A stretch of 64,000 nt of DNA from an uncultured Nitrososphaerales archaeon (GTDB lineage Archaea; Thermoproteota; Nitrososphaeria; Nitrososphaerales; Nitrososphaeraceae): the NCBI GenBank assembly GCA_963713605.1, contig CAVQMO010000002.1, forward strand, positions 36,498 to 100,497, read 5' to 3'. The notes below the pieces were generated by a model. The model worked only from the letters and a program-made list of their open reading frames with translations, was not told where the DNA came from and did not search any database. The position numbers and the translations under genes were made by a program. Numbering within the stretch: the first letter of the stretch is position 1; each line of letters opens with the position of its first letter. This document shows positions 59,050-64,000 of this stretch, piece by piece.

Positions 59050-59646
59050 ATGAGATATGATATGTTCAAAAATAAACTGTTATATCTTTGGTTAGCAATT
59101 ATGATAGTAGCAGCAGGAGCACTGACCTCAAGCTATTTTGGCAAGACCGAACTACATGCTCAAATGATGCCGGGAATGAATGATACTACTCAGCAACATG
59201 CAAAACATACTCTTGACAATCTCATTGTTTCAGAGCATATTCCACTTAACGGCCAGCTAGTTAATGGCGATTATATGCTATTAATGGATTTCACTCCATT
59301 CGCTACAAGTGTAGAGGGACACAGTCACATTGCTTTGAAAGTGCCGTGCAATGAAGATGGAAGTCCAAAAATAACCATAGTAACAGGAATTGCCCCTAAG
59401 CTAAATACTTTGGATGTTGGAAGTGCCATAAATAATGGTACTCTTGATGAAAAGGCCTTAGATTTATCAGACGAAGGAAGATCATGTCTGTACCATTCTG
59501 AATTGCCTAATGGTATTACCGATATAGCATTAATAAACACGTCAAACAGAACACTAAGCTTCGATGAAGGAGGCTATTCTGTAACTGTATCTGCTCATGG
59601 CACAGCCATACAACATATTAGCTCAAATTCGACCGCAGGATCCTGA
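59050..59646 (+). CDS. Secreted protein with Met/His-rich N-terminus, paralogue of 51278-51820
   Basis: Signal/anchor; HAQMMPGM..HAKH; DFTPF..GHSHIALKVPC..GIAP..CLYH..TDIA. Confidence 0.8.
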   Translation: MRYDMFKNKLLYLWLAIMIVAAGALTSSYFGKTELHAQMMPGMNDTTQQHAKHTLDNLIVSEHIPLNGQLVNGDYMLLMDFTPFATSVEGHSHIALKVPCNEDGSPKITIVTGIAPKLNTLDVGSAINNGTLDEKALDLSDEGRSCLYHSELPNGITDIALINTSNRTLSFDEGGYSVTVSAHGTAIQHISSNSTAGS

Positions 59647-59807
59647 ATGACATAGGTCTTTGATAGTAGGAGCAAACCCCTTCTCTTATTCCTCTGAACC
59701 GACCTCCTGTCTTATTTTTTCTAGCAGGTACCTCAGAAGTCTTTAGTTTTACAAATCTCAAGAAAGTAAGTCTAAGACTTACCTCATATAGGGTACTTTT
59801 GAGCTAT

Positions 59808-60290
59808 TTAACTATAGTTAGAAAGTATCCTTATTGTTCTAGGTTTATTTAATAGCCTATATCTATGAAAATTATCCTGATAGACCGAAATGACTCTTGC
59901 CTCCTTTAATCTCTTTAAGTGGTATGAAATAGTTGAAGGGGCTCTTTGTGTGTGTTTTACTATTTCCTTGAATTTAGCACCATATTTTCTGTTAATTAAA
60001 AATTGTATTATTTGTATGGAGGTACTATTTGAAATACACTCAATGGCTTTCCAATCTCTTTTATTTACATACGTTGGATAGTAGCTAGTTCGACTGTAGT
60101 AATCCTATTAACCCTTATGCTTTTTGATTTCTCTAAGGTTCCTAAGTGGTATGATAGTACACTGTTTATCAAATTAGTTTTTTGCAAAAGCTGTCTATAT
60201 CTTATACCGGGTTTCCTTTCTATACACTTTAATAGAATAATAGCAGTCTTGTGGAAGGAATTTAACTTATGTTTCTTTATGTTTGCCGTC
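59808..60290 (-). pseudogene. Tandem winged-helix regulator, frameshifted, start not found
   Basis: KPGIRYRQLLQKTNLINSVLSYHLGTLEKS then FKEIVKHTQRAPSTISYHLKRLKEARVI. Confidence 0.75.
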
Positions 60291-60727
60291 CACCAATTAT
60301 AAAAAAGACTTATTCTAGTAAAAAAAGGTTTTTTGAATATCAGACTAGCAGTGTTCTCTATTTAGTTATCGGCCGTTGTACATTCGAATAGATTATCTAT
60401 ATCGGACCTGAAGTTGTATAAGATAGATTTAAAGTTATTTATTGGTTCATGTATATGAGCCATAATAGATATGGAGAACCTTGGACCGTCTTCTGCCGTG
60501 ATTACCAGTATGGTACTAATTCTTGCGTCAATAGGGATAGATTCCATATCCGCACACGAAAGGAGACTCTATACAATAGGAGATGGTTTAGGCCTTGTTA
60601 ACCTAATCTCTTAATCTAAAAAATAATAGTCAATACCAATTGAAAATAGATCGTAATTCGAAGAATCAGATGATAACAATGTTTTTGAGCAAGATCTTTG
60701 AAGTCATTCTAGTAATTCACTCTACTT

Positions 60728-61585
60728 ATGTCGGACCCCATACTATTAAACAAGCATCAGAAAAAGGCACTTGTGATAGAACTTTACAAACAAGGTAAGA
60801 CACAACGTCAAATCGCAGAAGTTGTACACATGTCATTCAAAGACATTGCTGATATTGTCAATGAATATACTGGTGAAGTAAAACAAGCCCACAAACCCGA
60901 GAAATCAAAAGATTCGCGCGCTTTTGAGCTATTTCTACAAGGTAAACAATCAGTTGAAGTTGCAATTGAATTAGATATGCCTGCAGACAAGGTTGAAGTG
61001 ATACGCGCTCAATATTGGGGACTCTCAAATTTAGACAACTTGGAAATAATGTATTATAAAACAAAATACTCTTTGCCGATGCTTTTGGCAGCTCCATAAT
61101 ATATTAAGAGATAAGAGTGAAACATGGTTTACCAGACATTAGAAATAGATTTGAAGAGTTGTTAAATTAAGTAACTGCCTTGGAAAATGAGAAAGCTGCT
61201 TTGAATACAGAGATTCTTGGGTTGAGAAATTCAATGTATGCAAATAACGAAATCATTCGAAAACAGGATATGCAATTAAAAACACTAGACGGAAAACGAA
61301 GAGTATTAGAGAATATGCTCAAAATGCAAACAAAGAACCGAACTATCACAAAATAACTGAAATAATTGATCGAAGACTAAACGATAAAAGATCGCTGCTG
61401 GTGTGTGTTCTCATTGCCGTTTTAAGCACGCTCAAAGCTAATCCATACGGATTGAATTAATGAACAGTTCATCTCTTGCTATCGAAGGTTATGTTGTTGA
61501 TGATAGCGATGGGAAAAACTTATTGCAATTTGCTGAATCATGTTATGATACTTTATTGAAGAGTTATGTAAGGACTAGTGTATAA
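60728..61585 (+). pseudogene. Thaumarchaeal HTH/coiled-coil family protein, degraded
   Basis: VIELYKQGKTQRQIAEVVHMSFKDI HTH, AFELF..VEVAIELD; downstream coiled-coil pieces with stops. Confidence 0.65.
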
Positions 61586-62112
61586 TGTGTATGCTATCAA
61601 GAATATTGATGTTCAGTAGCTTTTCTAATGATCTGTTTCATAATTGTGTGGTGTCACCGCTATGAAGTAACGCACATATGTGCTTATACTTATACATTAG
61701 TAATTTATCAAGACTTTTCTGTGAGGAAATGTTAGTTGTTCAAAACTTTAACTACGCATTTCTCTGCTTCATTAAAGAAAGCACTACTCGGTATGGTGGT
61801 GCTAACAAGTCAGTTCCTGGTGCCAAAATTGATAAATCGGGGTGGGACTCGTAGGAATTTATTGCTTTCCCTCTCTGAAGAACAACTTAAAATACTGGCA
61901 AATGGAGTGGCTCAATCTATGCCCGCTTTCCCGAGTGTGTTTCGAAATATTTTGTTAATAATTCTCTCTAAGAATCTATAATTGAAGTACCAACACTAAG
62001 TCTTGCAAATCGGTTTCAGTTGTATATCCGGAGAAGATCGGATCACTCAAAGATGAAGTCGAAATCGGAACAAATGTGAAACTAAATCCGCTATATATAG
62101 CTGACCGTAAAG

Positions 62113-62472
62113 ATGAAATTGAATTTCTTCAATGGATCATCAGGTATTCAGCCAATACTAAACCGAGACCATGACGAGCGACTGCAGGTTGGAATATCCA
62201 AAAACCGACTAGAGATGATGGATGTAATCGAATTTGAAAACACACTCCAAAAAGAATTCGAGAGGAAATCGAAACTGCAAGAATCAAACAATCTTCGAGA
62301 GTCAGATATTCTAATCAATGAAATCGATACGCTTGAAAACATTCTCGGTAGTCTTTCGGATCTGAAATATGGCGAGAAAGTACGCGTTATAGAGATTGCA
62401 GAAGCCGAGAAAAACTTAAAACAAGCAAAGCGTATAAGAAAGGAAATACCGGGTAAAAATCCACGATACTGA
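62113..62472 (+). CDS. Hypothetical helical protein
   Basis: 119 aa charged ORF. Confidence 0.6.
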   Translation: MKLNFFNGSSGIQPILNRDHDERLQVGISKNRLEMMDVIEFENTLQKEFERKSKLQESNNLRESDILINEIDTLENILGSLSDLKYGEKVRVIEIAEAEKNLKQAKRIRKEIPGKNPRY

Positions 62473-62677
62473 AGATGATATAGCTGATTATTTAGAGCGA
62501 TACCATGAATTACCTAATAAAAGAACATAATTGGATAGACCATCGAAGTAATTCAACTATTTGGACCTAATTATGGCATCGCTAAATTCAACATCAATAC
62601 CTCTAATTTTGTTAACATTAAAAATGGTACTGAACATCTAACATAACAAGACATAAATAAAACAATACTCTAGGTAA

Positions 62678-62884
62678 ATGGCAATGAGTACACAGACTAC
62701 GCTCTTGATGCCGATCGAAGAAGCTTCGCTTGTAACGATAATGCTTGGAGCACTGGTAATTCCAGCAGCTCAAGCACAAAATGAAAATATGACTATGGAG
62801 GAGGCAACGAATGCTTCACTCGCACAATATCCCGACATGGATGAAAATGCCGACAATGTAACCGACATGGAAAGAGGAGACTAG
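62678..62884 (+). CDS. Small secreted Met/acidic peptide (possibly degraded)
   Basis: Hydrophobic stretch ending AQA, then QNENMTMEE.. Confidence 0.45.
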   Translation: MAMSTQTTLLMPIEEASLVTIMLGALVIPAAQAQNENMTMEEATNASLAQYPDMDENADNVTDMERGD

Positions 62885-63151
62885 TGCTATAGTTGGAAGT
62901 GTTATATAAATATGACCAACCAAAATATGACATCTGGAAACTTACGTCTAAGTATAAACCCAATTACGAAGAATACTTACTTTAGCCCCATCTTTTTTCT
63001 ATATCGGGAAAGACTAACTACATTTCTATTGCGGCATTCTTTGTGCGGTCTGGACACGGACCAGTGGATAACCGATATCATAGAGAATGTTTATATAGAC
63101 AATATATGGTTATAACGCTAATGGATCTCAATCTGAGAACCAAAGGCTGTA

Positions 63152-63400
63152 TTGATAACTATAGTGGTATGTTCGCTGACGATGGTGGCGATACTCTCGG
63201 CAATACCAATTGTGAAACCTGCCTACGCGGTTGAGTGGTGTGACAAGCAGAAGGGAAAGAACACGGACTGGAGGGACGGCTGTACATCTGGAGCATCTGA
63301 CTGTAGAGGGGGTAAACCCTACAATCCAGGTTCAGGTCATACACGTCGGTTCCATCTAGGATATGACGCTGGTTATACTCATTTTTGTGGGTATAGGTAA
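63152..63400 (+). CDS. Small secreted Cys protein with YxxGY-type motif
   Basis: Signal peptide ending PAYA; WRDGCTSGASDC..FHLGYDAGY..C. Confidence 0.65.
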   Translation: MITIVVCSLTMVAILSAIPIVKPAYAVEWCDKQKGKNTDWRDGCTSGASDCRGGKPYNPGSGHTRRFHLGYDAGYTHFCGYR

Positions 63401-64000
63401 ATACCCAGAAATACACGACATCATAGCCTAGATAGTTTGAACTTCCTTTTTTATTAAATACTTCCTATCGACTGGGGAATAATCTCAATTTTAACTGCCA
63501 TTTAATTTGGACATTTAGTAATCCTTCCATCTCTACAATTTTTACTACAACGTGAATCAATGAGATTAGTATATCAGTTTTTGTCGTTCGACTATCGATA
63601 AATACCCGTAACTCATATAGTTTGGATCCATTTTGACAACCATTTTGATAATCCTGAACAATGCCGCCTAGGGAAATGTTTTGAACATTCGATTGTCAGT
63701 CAAAATGAGTAATAGTGTCAGAATCAATTTGAGCGTAAAGTTAAATGAATAACCCATAATTTGTGGAAAGTGTTCAATACACTTTGTTAATCGTTAACAA
63801 ATTAGACTTGACAATATTTACGAAATACTTGCTTAAGTTAACGGTCGTAAACAGGTTTATTTCACTTTGGAATTATATCGATAGTTTAGATAGATAGTTC
63901 CCATGGGGTAATGTCTTGGATTTGTCAATAGCAGATAATAAAAGTTGGAATGTCTTTCCTCTGAACATATATGTGGGTTGTTTAAGTGAACATAAACCTA

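Overview
Low-GC, gene-sparse archaeal DNA. Gene content (TFB, RadA, Cdc48, TRAM protein, Nitrososphaera-type histidine kinase and stand-alone receivers, many small secreted and Zn-finger proteins) points to a soil ammonia-oxidising Nitrososphaeraceae (Thaumarchaeota) accessory region. No rRNA, tRNA or CRISPR array was seen. The window mixes intact genes (tyrosine integrase, radA, Lrp-GAF and AsnC-TRASH regulators, DUF1326, DUF1264), about ten genes broken only by a single 1-nt insertion (probably read errors), and many true gene fragments joined at sharp junctions (nadE, aquaporin, dodecin, M23 peptidase, cdc48, HxlR, Nudix, LLM oxidoreductase). Best leads: (1) six paralogues, in two subtypes, of a ribbon-helix-helix-like protein interleaved with receiver proteins and a histidine kinase (10.2-20.8 kb), a candidate DNA-binding output for archaeal two-component signalling; (2) two TTTACAnnTGTAAA cop-box-like palindromes flanking the TRASH regulator; (3) a four-copy dispersed hairpin repeat; (4) distant copies of the integrase and tfb 3' ends; (5) a PolB2-like polymerase carrying a receiver fragment. 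All family calls come from recognising motifs by eye; no database searches were run.
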